NCBI RefSeq assembly: GCF_963506605.1
Contig: NC_083288.1
Location: 46,686,001-46,750,000, forward strand
Reading direction: 5' to 3'
Length of the DNA: 64,000 nt
From: Zootoca vivipara
Lineage: Eukaryota
Part shown: piece after piece, positions 35,602 through 47,925 of the stretch
Layout of the letters: the number at the start of each line of letters is the position of its first letter
Position numbering within the stretch: position 1 is the first letter of the stretch
Notes under the pieces: generated by a model
The model's input: only the letters and a program-made list of their open reading frames with translations
Told to the model about the DNA's origin: nothing
Database searches by the model: none
Made by a program: the position numbers and the translations under genes

Positions 35602-37180
35602 CCTCGTGGTCAGACTTTTCTCTAAACACACCCCGTCCTGTTTCCATTCAGAGCAGCTGCGTGACTTGAACAGGCTACATTGGATAATTCCTAGCTCTGT
35701 CAATACAGCTTTAGAAGAATGGTTTACAACCAGCATTTGAAAACCAAAGGGTTATGATTGTATTACCTTGTTAGCGGAGATTGCCAACACTGTGATGCTA
35801 AATCTGATCAATACCACATGTATATAAAGGTTCACATGTGAGCATTGAAACTGACAGAACCTTGAATGCCTCTTATCCCAATTTCCTACTCCCAATAGCA
35901 TGAGGTTTCTTTATAACCACTTTGAGGTTTGCTTATTGACTGATTTCTTGAGTTCCAGAAAGCCTGGAAAGGTTCAGAGAGGCGAACAAAATAGTGATTT
36001 GGATAATTGCTGGGTGAGATAATTCCTTTTTCATTGCTTTGGCTGCAAGTGGCAGTTTTGCTAACAAACATGCTGAGCTGCCCCCACTTTCAACCATCTG
36101 CTACTTAGGGGCAGTAAAAGTGACAAATACAATTATCCATGGTGAGCAAACACCAAAAGAAAAGTAAGAGTGAAACTTTTGGCTTTGATGAAAGGAGGCT
36201 GGTCAACTGCAGTTTTATCAAAGAAATGTGAAGCTACAATTTCTTTTTGCCAAGAATAGAGAGCCTGTGGGGTTCCAGAAGCTGCTGGGATACAGTTTCC
36301 ATCATTTCCACCACTGAACATGTAGGCAGGGGCTGATAGGGTGGGGGGCAAATTTCCTTCTCTCTCCTCTAAGAAATAAATCTGAGAAAGAGAGTAAATC
36401 AGGGGCAATAATAAATTTTAATCTTATGGAATGCCATCAGTAATGTTCCAGATAGAGTATCTCTTTGTATTATTATTATTATTATTACTATTACTATTAC
36501 TATTACTATTACTATTATTTTTATTATTATTTGATTTTTTTTTTAATTAAAAAAAACTATTCTACTGTGCCATATTCTTTTTTTGTAATTCAGACCCCTT
36601 TAAAAGCAGGAAATGGAGAAGCTGGCTTCCATTCTTGGGCATCATAGAATTCTAGAGTTGGGAGAGACTTCAAGAGTCATCTAGTACAACCTCCTTTAAT
36701 GTGAAGTGAGATTGTGGCTGACAGGAAAATAGGATAACCTTTATCAATAGCATATATATTTTTTTAAGTTATGCATATTGCCACCAAACCTGGAAATGAG
36801 TTTTATGAGACATAAACTGTCACAACTTTATTAACGATAAACATGAGGGTGTGACACAGAACACTGAACATATTACACACTGGGATTTTTCAGAATCCAT
36901 CGTGGAGGCCAGGCTTTGTGGTTTTTACCTGGCAGTTCATAAGCTGGCTAAGAGGGAATTGGAACAGCAAAAGAAATGATGGAAAGCCTAGAGTCCCCTC
37001 CAGACTGTTGCAATTTTGAAGGAGGAAATAAATCCCATACTGGCAAATTTAGATTTTGTTGTAATTAAAGAGAATTAAAGTGCTCTGGTGCAACAAGCAA
37101 ACTTTTAAAAAATGGAATAAGGAGTGGGGGTGGGATATACTCGAATGTGTGGAATAATAATTGCTAGTCATAATTGCTAA

Positions 37181-37535
37181 AGGTAAAGGTAAAGGGACCC
37201 CTGACCATTAGGTCCAGTCGTGACCGACTCTGGGATTGCGGCGCTCATCTCGCATTATTGGCCAAGGGAGCCGGTGTACAGCTTCCAGGTCATGTGGCCA
37301 GCATGACAAAGCCACTTCTGGTGAACCAGAGCAGCGCACAGAAACACCGTTTACCTTCCCACTTGGAGCGGTACCTATTTATCTACTTGCACTTTGACGT
37401 GCTTTCGAACTGCTAGGTTGGCAGGAGCTGGGATCGAGCAATGGGAGCTCACCCCGTTGCAGGGATTCGAACCGCCAACCTTCTGATCAGCAAGCACTAA
37501 GCTCTGTGGTTTAACCCACAACGCCACCCACATCC
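37181..37535 (-). mobile_element. Sauria SINE
   Basis: Homologous to 25365-25724; TSD ATAATTGCTAA/ATGATTGCTAA. Confidence 0.9.
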
Positions 37536-37716
37536 TATGATTGCTAATAAATCATAAAATATCTCTGCAACCAAATAAGGGTGAATGCGCAATGAACAGA
37601 GGGCATTAAGAATCGTGAAGATTGAATTCTCAATAAGGACATTGCATATTGGCACCCAAAGCAGACCATTTTAAATAAATTTCATTGATTAATATTAATC
37701 TATTTTCTCCTAAAAT

Positions 37717-38944
37717 CATTGTTATTTTTCTAGAAAAGAGGTGCTGGAACACCATAAATCATAGAATCATAGAATCATAGAGTTGGAAGAGACCACAAGG
37801 GCCATCCAGTCGAACCCCCTGCCAAGCAGGAAACACCATCAAAGCATTCCTGACAGATGGCTGTCAAGCCTCTGCTTAAAGACCTCCAAAGAAGGAGACT
37901 CCACCACACTCCTTGGCAGCAAATTCCACTGCCGAACAGCTCTTACTGTCAGGAAGTTCTTCCTAATGTTTAGGTGGAATTTTCTTTCTTGTAGTTTGAA
38001 TCCGTTGCTCCGTGTCCGCTTCTCTGGAGCAGCAGAAAACAATCTTTCTCCCTCCTCTATATGACATCCTTTTATATATTTGAACATGGCTATCATATCA
38101 CCCCTTAACCTTCTCTTCTCCAGGCTAAACATACCCAGCTCCCTAAGCCGTTCCTCATAAGGCATCGTTTCCAGGCCTTTGACCATTTTGGTTGCCCTCT
38201 TCTGGACACGTTCCAGCTTGTCAATATCCTTCTTGAACTGTGGTGCCCAGAACTGGACACAGTACTCCAGGTGAGGTCTGACCAGAGCAGAATACAGTGG
38301 TACTATTACTTCCCTTGATCTAGATGCTATACTCCTATTGATGCAGCCCAGAATTGCATTGGCTTTTTTAGCTGCTGCATCACACTGCTGACTCATGTCA
38401 AGTTTGTGGTCAACCAAGACTCCTAGATCCTTTTCACATGTACTGCTCTCAAGACAGGTGTCTCCCATCCTATATTTGTGCCTTTCATTTTTTTTTGCCC
38501 AAGTGTAGTACTTTACATTTCTCCTTGTTAAAATTCATCTTGTTTGCTTTGGCCCAGTTGTCTAATCTGTTAAGGTCATTCTGAAGTGTGATCCTGTCCT
38601 CTGGGGTGTTAGCCACCCCTCCCAATTTGGTGTCATCTGCAAACTTGCTCAGGATGCCCTCAAGCCCATCATCCAAGTCATTGATAAAGATGTTGAACAA
38701 GACTGGGCCCAAGACAGAACCCTGTGGCACCCCACTAGTCACTACTCTCCAGGATGAGGAGGAGCCATTGATGAGCACCCTTTGGGTTCGGTCAGTAAGC
38801 CAGTTACAAATCCACTGAATGCCGCTGCTGTTTCCTTACTATGGCAATGGCACCCACCGGGAAGGTAACGAAACTGAGTTCTGGCAAGTTCTGGCAAGTT
38901 CTGGCTGGACAAGTTCTGGCTGGACAACCAAACAAAAAGCCCTT
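37717..38944. mobile_element. Short hAT-type MITE interrupted by CR1
   Basis: 8-bp TSD CCTAAAAT (37709-37716, 38945-38952); GAGGTGCTGGAAC and (AGTTCTGGC)n subterminal motifs. Confidence 0.6.
37757..38821 (-). mobile_element. CR1 LINE 3' ~1.06 kb, nested in a hAT MITE
   Basis: [19 protein letters not shown] and LEYCVQFW motifs; frameshift in a T-run near 38490; (ATTCTATG)n tail. Confidence 0.95.
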
Positions 38945-39012
38945 CCTAAAATCATTACCCTTCATATAAAACAATACAAACAATACAAAAGGTGGGAGAA
39001 TCAAGAGTTCCT

Positions 39013-41084
39013 TTAATTCTTTTTTCTCCTTACTTGTTCTCTGCTGTTCAGTTCAGGCTTCAGAACAATGATATAGCATTTAGGCACAAAGATGCAGCCC
39101 AATAACCCAGCAGTGGAGACCAAGATGGAGAAGATCTCCACAGCCACCATGTATTTCCCTTTTGCGCTCAGAAAAGTTGGGATAAAGGACAACCAAACAC
39201 TGCAAAATAGCAACATACTGAAAGTAATAAACTTGGCTTCATTAAAGCTGTCAGGTAGCCTGCGGGCTATGAATGCCACAATGAAGCTGATAAAGGCCAG
39301 GAGACCCATGTAGCCCAGGACACAATAAAACATAGCAATGGACCCCTCATTACATTGCACAATGATTTTTCCAGTTACTGAGTGCATGTCTAAATCAGGG
39401 AATGAGGGAGAGGTTGCTAACCACGCAATACAAATACTTGCTTGGATAACACAACAGAAAAGGACAATGGAATGAGACAGTCTTTTCCCTACCCACTTCC
39501 TCATACTGGACCCTGGTTCGGTGGCCCTGAAAGCTACAACCACAGTGTTGGTTTTGGCCAACACACAAGAAATGGCCACTGAGAAGATGATGCCAAAAGT
39601 TGGTTGTCGGAGCAGGCAAGTCACTTTGCTAGGTTGGCCAAAGAACAGGAAAGAAGAGAGAAAGCAGAGTAGGAGGGAGACAAGGAGAGTGTAGGTGAGG
39701 TCCCGATTGTTTGCTTTGACAATGGGTGTGTGTCTATGCTTAATGAATATTGCTAGCACAAAAGTTGTGACAAGAGAAAAAGAAATAGCAATTGATGCTA
39801 AGCTGATCCCTAATGGTTCTTCATAAGAAAGAAAGTTCAGAGTTTTGGCAACGCATCCGTTTTTGTTCTTGTTTGGATACTGATCTTCTGGGCACATGAA
39901 ACAGTCATCCATATCTGAAAAGAAGAAGAAGAAGAAGAACAAGTTCACTTTCTAGTGGCAATTCATTTAAGATGCATGATTAATTTCTCTGCCTCTCACA
40001 TGATAGCTATTGCTCCTCTTAATTTGAATCCATTTGTTCAAGTGTTAGGATATTGGAATAGGATCTATCTATTATAGTGATGTACAGCATGTAAGAGTTG
40101 TATTAACAAATGGAATACTGGGAGTGACGGGCAGCTGCATATCATCCTTTTTGGTGCATTCTGGCATTCCAACCATGAAATTCGGCAAAAATCAATTTAT
40201 CAAAAGGTGATCATAGAATCATAGAGTTGGAAGAGACCACAAGGGCCATCCAGTCCAACGCCCTGCCAAGCAGGAAACACCATCAAAGCATTCTTGACAT
40301 ATGCCTGTCAAGCCTCTGCTTAAAGACCTCCAAAGAAGGAGACTCCACCACACTCCTTGGTAGCAAATTCCACTGCCGAACAGCTCTTACTGTCAGGAAG
40401 TTCTTCCTAATGTTTAGGTGGAATCTTCTTTCTTGAAGTTTGAATCCATCAACTTTCATTGAAGTTGATGAATAACTTCATTGCCTAACAGACGTTTCTT
40501 CTTTCTTGATGTTCATAACATACCACTCTGGTTTGAAATCTTCCCTTCTGGGCATGGGGCACAATCATAGCAACAAAATTTCGCCTCTTCCTTCCTTTTC
40601 TTCTGATTGCCAGGGTGGCAGTAGTCATTGCACACAGAAAAAAGCATCATCTGTCCACAAACAGAGAAGATTCTTTAAAATAATAATATAAAAAGTTCTG
40701 CTCTTCAGACAAAGAAATTGAATACCCAGGTCAGTAATGCACCCTAAATGACCTCAGCCCAGTACACCTGAAGGAGCTTCTCCACCCCCATTGTTCTGCC
40801 CGAACACTGAGGTCCAGCTCTGAGAGCCGAGGGCAGTTCCCTTACTGCAAGATGTGAGATTACAGGGAACCAGGCGGAGTGCCTTCTCAGTGGTGGCGCC
40901 TGCCCTGTGGAACACCTTCCCATCAGATGTCAAGGGAATTAGCAACTATCTGACTTTTAGAAGACATCTGAAGGCAGCCCTGTTTGGGGAAGTTTTTCAT
41001 GTTAATGCTGCATTGTGTTTTTAATATTTGGTTGGGAGCTGCCCAGAGTGGCTTGGGAAACCCAGCTGTATGGGTGGGGTATAA

Positions 41085-41121
<37 letters not shown>

Positions 41122-44100
41122 GATGCACTTGAAGGACCATCTACAAGGAGATTTCCTAAAATGTCATTCAAGATCCCGATTATTATTATTAGGATATAGC
41201 CTTGATATTGCCCTGTTCCTCTTCAGGGGTGAGGAATTTTTTTCCAGCCATCATACACAAAAATGTGGGGTTTGCATACTAACTGCAAAATTGGACAATG
41301 AATGTAACCCTTACCTTTGTAACTTGCAGTCCAACTAAGTACACATGCATACGCCAATGAGAGGGGGGAATGACCTGGTAGGTATTTGAGGACCAAACAA
41401 AAGTGATCTGCATTTAGCCTCTGGTACTGAGGTTCTCCACACACAGTGTCAGAAAGGGTAGCTTCAAGCCCTGCCTGGATAGGCAAGGGATTGACATTAT
41501 TAACCCATTCAAAGCATTTGTTCTGGTGACCACAACCCAGTAGAAATTGTGATGGCCAACTTGTGGCAATTTTGTTCTGAATTTCCTAGAACCCTCCCAT
41601 ATTTAAGAAAGACACAGTCAATACCACCAACACTTCATCTGCCAAAAATACAGCATTGTTTTGGCAGAGCAAAATGTTGCATCTGAATTTTGGGTGTGGA
41701 GGGCAGTGAGATTCTCTAGGTAAAGGTAAAGGACCCCTGAATGGTTAAGTCCGGTCAAAGGTGACTATGGAGTGCAGCGGTCATCTCACTTCAGAACGCA
41801 TGGAAACGCCATTTACCTTCCTGTCACAGTGGTACCTATTTATCTAGGGATGCTGTTGTCTAAAGCACTGGGCCTCTTGGGCTTGCCAATCAGGAAGTTG
41901 GCAAATCCATGTGATGGGGTGAGCTCCCATTGTTTTGTCCCAGCTTCTTCCAACCTAGCAGTTCGAAAGCATACCAGTGCAAGTAAATAAATAAAAAAAT
42001 TCCTTCAGTAGCACCTTAAAGACCAACTAAGTTTTTATTTTGGTATGAGCTTTCGTGTGCATGCACACTTCTCATACCAAAATAAAAACTTAGTTGGTCT
42101 TTAAGGTGCTACTGAAGGAATTTTTTTATTTTACTTCGATCCAGACCAACACGGCTACCTACCTGTAACCAGTAAATAAATAGATACTGCTGCAGTGGGA
42201 ATGTGAATGGTGTTTCCGTGAGCTCTTGCACTTGTCACGGTCCTCCATGCACCTGTAGCAGTTTAGTCACGCTGGCCAAATGAGTCAGAAAGCTGTCTTT
42301 GGACAAACTCTGGCTCCTTTGGCCTGAAGCAATATGAGTGCCGCACCCTGTGTATGCCTTTGACTGGATTTAACCTTCCAGGGGTCCTTTATCCTTAACT
42401 TTTCACCTATTTATCTATTGCACTGGCATGCTTTCAAACTGCTAGGTTGGCAGAGGTTGGGACAGAGCAACGGGAGCTCACCCCGCCACATGGGTTCGAA
42501 CCACCGACCTTCCGATCGGCAAGCCCAAGAGGCTCAGTGGTTTAGACAACAGTGCCACCTGCATCTCCTTTCAGATTCTCTATGGTCCTATCCAGGAGAA
42601 ACATAAATGATTGTACAGAAAAGGGGATTTTCAGATACCCAAATGACCCATCTGGAAAATGAAGGGAATCCAAAGAATACCCTAGAATGCAAACCTGATG
42701 AACACCATTGTGCCACACAATCATGTCCTCATGAATGATGAATTCTTTTCCTTCAAGAGCATCAGGATCCACCCATCCAACTTTCACTTGAAGGAAGGAC
42801 TTGTTTGGGAATGTGACAACATTCACGATGTCAAATCCACCCTCTATTTCTCTTTTATCATTAAATGAAACTGTTTCTCCAGCTGAGTTATTAAAATAAA
42901 TTCTTTGAAGAAAAGAGTGGAGCTAATTGAAAGAGAAAGAAACACACCAGAATAATATAGCGAACATTTACAAAAACCCACTCTAACTAATATTGTTTAA
43001 ATAACTTCATCCAACAAAGATCAATGCATAAAAGAGCTACTTTGCAACGAACAAGGAAAAATATATACTGCAAATGTAAAATGTTTTAAACATTGGTTGA
43101 AAACTAAAAAAATAAAAAATAAAAAATCCATGCCCTATATACTCAGAAAACTTCAACAGTGAATGAAAAATACACAATTGTGGGCATTCAATACTAGTTC
43201 TACTCATAGTAGACCCTTGAATTCAATGGACATAACTAAATTAAGTTTGTTAAGTATACTGGGTCTACTCTGAGTAGGACAATTCCAAAATATCAGCTGC
43301 TCCCTATAACTCAGAGTAGGACTTTCACTGGGGCTCCCCGTGTTTTGTAGAAAAATATTAATGTTAAGTTACAAGCGTTCATTATCTGTACTTTCTGAAA
43401 ATGAGTCGAGGCATTCTTATTTTCCATGTAATTTTCAAGATTGATGAAAAGATCTCTGCCTAGGTGTTCATTCTCTGTTGTTTTTTTAATCCTAAACTCT
43501 GCTGTTCTTCTAATTTAAAAATCATTGTAGCTGTTTGGGTTTCTTTTTTAAAAAGATCATCTTTGGAAGTCAGTGCACAAGTCCGTAATTATTATATCAT
43601 CACCATCATCATCATCATCATCATCATTACATTAATTAGTTGTGCGTGGCTATCCATATGTAGTAGCGCCTTGCACAAATTAGTTCCTTGAAATAAGGTT
43701 TCCTTTCCATGACATTACCTGCCAAGGCTGTGGATCTTGAAGTTCAAATCCTTTATAGCGCATTATCCTGTGCTTCATTCTAGTAGAGTAAATGGCTTGC
43801 AAAGCATGAGCCACAACATAGACAGCATTGTAGATACTGTAGCTGTGGCCAGTCACACTCATTTCAAACAGTGGCTCAGGAAGGCTCTCCAATCTCTCCT
43901 CACCAGTACATGCTTCATTTACTTCTGTTGGCTCATGAAGAGTCAAAAATGTACAGTCAAATGCTTGCTCCCAGAAGTCCTTGAGGAAACCATTTCCTGA
44001 GGTCCAGTAAGGCTTTGCAACCTGAAGAAAATGCTTGAATCCTGTAAGTTCTTTTGAATGACTTGAGAAGGCAATGGTGCCTTGCAAGAACTGGAGATCC

Positions 44101-45860
44101 CATCCTCTTTGAAAGCCTGCTAATACAAAATCAGTCTGTGTTGTCAAGATCCACACCTTTCTTAACGACATGATTTCGTTATTTATAGGATCCTGCATAA
44201 CTATAATCACTGTCAGCCATGTCAGTGTCAAAGATTCTCCATGGATGATAAATGTACTGGGTTTATCATCTGTGAATGGTATATAAATATTTGAGGCCAG
44301 GTCAATAACATCACCAATGGAATTGAAATGGGGTATGTGTGGGATTCGCCGTGTGAAGGCTGAGCAGATTCCATTCTGGGTAAACAAGGACTCCATTGTC
44401 CGTAAGAAATGTTCTCCACTGTTATCATTCACGGTAAAGAGTCCAATCCATGTCCATCCAAAATGCTTCAGCAATGTGATAATCCCCATGTACTCCTGGG
44501 TTTCATTGGGCACCATATGGTACAAAAAAGCAACCTGACTTTTATCGCTCTCCTCTGAAGGAAACGAACCATATGTCAGCTAAAAATAAATGATCAAATA
44601 GGGTAGAGATGTGTTAGGGCTGTTATATCTGAGAATGTGCTTGTTTATCCATGAAATATTTCTTAAAGTTCTTTGTAGGTTCCGTGAGTATTATACTAAA
44701 TTTTCAGCTAAATTTTCTAGAGATATGGAAACAGTATACAATTTCTAGGAATCGTCATCCCTCAGGAATTGTAGAGGGAGTGGTTTCCTCAATTCCATTT
44801 TTTATCAACAGTTGTTCAGATATTGTATTCAGGGATCAATGGAACCCCAAACCCCAATAACTCAGAGTCCCTCGATGTGAACCTTTTTTGCTTCCACCTG
44901 CAGCATAGGAATGGCAGCCAAATGACACAGCAACAGTGTTATTTATGGAAACCCCCATGTCTCCAATACATTCCTACCTGTGGAATGCTGTACAAGTCTA
45001 AGATGTCTGCCATATGGAAAGACGTGTCCGAGCCAAGTCCTCCGATGATAGCTAAGAGGTTTTTCTGGGTGTCACATTTGTAGTTGGGGACAAATCTATG
45101 CAACTTGAAGAGCAGACCTAGAGTGCTACAATAGGTCATCCTCGCATCATAGTAGCTGTCATAGATGTGGAACCCAAGTGTGACATTGGGTAAGATCTTG
45201 GGATTCCCATTGATCTCTCTCACAGCAAATGCCACAGCAATGGTGTGCTGGTAGAATTTTGTCAGCATTCTGTAAACAAAGCAAATTAATTTACCATTTT
45301 AGAAGAAAATTTTGCAATGCATGAAATAAACATATTATTTCTGAGCTAATAGACACCTTCCTCCTTAGAACAAATATAATTTAGGCTGCATGAGTATATT
45401 CTGCATAGTATTTCGACACCTCTTGGAGTCTGAGTTTCTGCTGCAATCCACAATCCCCTGGAAACAAGTGGGGTTTACTCATGAATAGGCATATATGGAA
45501 CTGCATCATATTTGTTACATTTATTCCCACTGAAATATTTGAAATTAATTAATCTGATTTTTCTTTTCTTTTTTTAAAAAACCCATTCATTTTAGTGGGG
45601 GGGGGATGTACAGTGCAAGCCTATTAATTTTTAGTCAGATGTCCTATTATGATGGATGACTAATATGTAAGATGGCAGTTTTAGTCTGAATACAATCCTT
45701 AATCTTTAAAGTACCAGAAGGTTCTTCCCTGTTTTGGTTAAGGATTGGATATTGAGTGATAGCAATTAATTTCAATGGTTCTACTCTGAATACCACCCAG
45801 TGTTTATGTTTCCCCCTATAATTTTTTGTTACTAGCTGCTTGGGTTCAAGAAATATGAAG

Positions 45861-45902
<42 letters not shown>

Positions 45903-45965
45903 AACAAATAAGCATTCTGCAAAATATCTAAGAATGATGCACAAAAATCAGTGTGGGTGCGCACA

Positions 45966-46040
<75 letters not shown>

Positions 46041-46289
46041 GAAGTGTCTTCTGTCACCTTGAAGACTAATGAACCTAATATGGATACACTTTTGTTGATT
46101 ACAATCAATTTCATTAGTTGGAAGAAGTGTTACCCTCAGATATCTCTCCTTGTTCCTGTGCTCCTTGCTAAAAATAGAAACATTCCTATTGTATGTTTTA
46201 TTAGTTCCCTAATAAAAATCAGCTACTAGTTGACTTTCAAAACATACGGTAGCACAATACACCAAAAAAACCAATCAAGCTCAATAAAC

Positions 46290-46335
<46 letters not shown>

Positions 46336-46751
46336 CCAGTGAAATATCAGCAGCATAAATACACTAAATGCCTGATAATATACTGGAATAAAGTCCATAT
46401 GTACTGCCTGAAAGCTTAGCAGAATGCACAAAATTCAAAATGTGATTTAGAACGAGGAGCTGGCCAACAGGATTTCTGTCAGTTATCAAGGCATTTCCCA
46501 TGTGAACTGGCCAAGCCCAGAAGACAGAGAGTGGGGATTGATCCTTACAGTGGAACCTCAAACATTTTCTGCGAAGGGTGCTCATTGAAAGGAATTTCAG
46601 AGAAAACGTAAAATATCTGAGAAGTAATTGTGCCAATGATGAGTTCACCTGGCTGGTACCACTCGTGGGGAACAAGGAGAAGTTTGGTCACATCATCTAT
46701 TCTGCACACCATGGGAGGAAGCAAAAACAGAAACACCAATAGTGGCAACAT
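39013..46751 (-). CDS. V2R-E: intact vomeronasal type-2 receptor, 870 aa; exons 46549-46751, 44978-45269, 43719-44579, 42695-42922, 40524-40650, 39013-39914
   Basis: Six exons with AG/GT boundaries, 203+292+861+228+127+902=2613 nt, open; signal peptide [13 protein letters not shown]; V2R motifs present. Confidence 0.94.
40210..40449 (-). mobile_element. CR1 3' fragment in V2R-E intron 5
   Basis: Near-identical to the 3' ends at 3719 and 31853. Confidence 0.92.
40757..41120 (+). mobile_element. L2-type LINE 3' end with (ATT)n tail
   Basis: [12 protein letters not shown] motif and GCCCAGAGTGGC...GGGGTATAAAT end; shorter relatives at ~14425-14560 (+), ~24610-24676 (-) and ~63660-63760 (-). Confidence 0.7.
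41717..42568. mobile_element. Nested cluster: Sauria SINE (-) containing a Sauria SINE (+, 41847-42404) containing an inverted Penelope pLTR piece (41994-42170)
   Basis: 13-bp TSD ACCTATTTATCTA (41834-41846, 42405-42417); 12-bp duplication AGTAAATAAATA (41982-41993, 42171-42182). Confidence 0.85.
45862..46037. repeat. Compound (TG)n ... (CA)n(GA)n microsatellite
   Basis: Read directly. Confidence 0.9.
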
Positions 46752-47130
46752 ACTGGCAACAAAGTTTCGCTCTAAATACAGTCCTTCCTTTCCCCATCCA
46801 TACCACCTGCCTTAATTAAATAGGTTTTGTTGAATGGTGTTTGACTGTGTCAATACAGCTGCAGAAGAATAATTTATCAGTTGTAATTTTACTATTAAAT
46901 GATTGACTCTGAATGTCTTGATTAACTGCTGATATTACAAACACTTTGATATGACATCTGACCAGTATTACAGGGGTGGGCAGAAGAAGCATCAGAAAGG
47001 ATACTAACAAAGCTCTGTTTGCCTTATGCTCCTATGGATCTAAGGGGGATTATTTATAAACACTTTCAGACTTACTTGTTGATTGTTTCATTGTGCCTTC
47101 TGGGCAGTCTCTTGAGCTATGCCCTTTTTT

Positions 47131-47147
47131 GTGATTTGGATAATTGC
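47131..47147 (-). promoter_or_regulatory. Candidate V2R promoter homeodomain-type motif GCAATTATCCAAATCAC (paralogous copies at 1335-1351, 13758-13774, 35994-36010, and 56362-56388 on +)
   Basis: Recurs ~250-410 nt upstream of the ATG in A, B, D, E and F; in the minus-strand genes it lies ~80-100 nt upstream of a shared TATA-like TTATAAA. Confidence 0.5.
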
Positions 47148-47622
47148 AGGGGGAGAAAATCACTTATTCAGAGTTTGGATCCTGAGTGGCCCTTTTGATA
47201 GAAAACATGTTGGTCCATATGCCACCTCTGTTCTCTAGTGGCAAAGAAAGTTGTGGATTGGTTACACTTTTCTCCAAAGAACAAATGCCAAATGGAAAAT
47301 CAGAGTGAATCCATTTTCTTTGAAAAAACAAATCATTGCTAAATGCTAAAAATAATGGCTACTGCCAAAGCAATGTGCAGCTACAATTTATCCATGCAAT
47401 AAATCAATGGCTTAAAAAAGTATGGAATTGACTATAGGGGTTAAAATTGTAGATTTAATCTCAAAGAATGTCTAGGGTTGGCTTGACTTTGAACATCTAT
47501 GAAATTTATTTCATAGTCATTTCCAACTTATTAAAAATAAATAAATGAAACACTGAGTGACCTATTTGTTTTATGGTGGTGTGTACAGAATGCAAACAAA
47601 CAAGTAAATGCCGTGTTAGAAA

Positions 47623-47925
47623 CATAGCTGCCAAGTCTCCCGTATTCCCTGGGAAACCCCCGTTTTTCCAGCCGTTCCCAGCTGGAAAAATGGATTTTTT
47701 TGTTTTCCCCCGGTTTACTTACCGGCCGGGGGAGGCTCCTTCTGCGCATGTCTGGAGTCTCTGGTCATGCGCAGAAGCGATTTCTGGCGCGGCAGCCATT
47801 TTGGAACTGGGAAGAGCATGCTCAGAAGCGACTTCCGGTGCTGCTCTACCCAGCTCCAAAATGGCGGCAGTGCTACTTCCGGTCTGCCGATCCCTTATTT
47901 TTCTGGCAGGAACTTGGCAGGTATG
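47623..47925. mobile_element. 303-bp hAT-type MITE (same TIR family as 9058)
   Basis: TIR CATAGCTGCCAAGT / ACTTGGCAGGTATG; perfect 8-bp TSD GTTAGAAA. Confidence 0.88.

Noticed and set aside
45647-46431. ORFs with HTHT, RERE, poly-L, poly-Y or poly-I runs (also 26015-26330, 36465-36647, 63532-63741)
   Set aside because: Translations of microsatellites.
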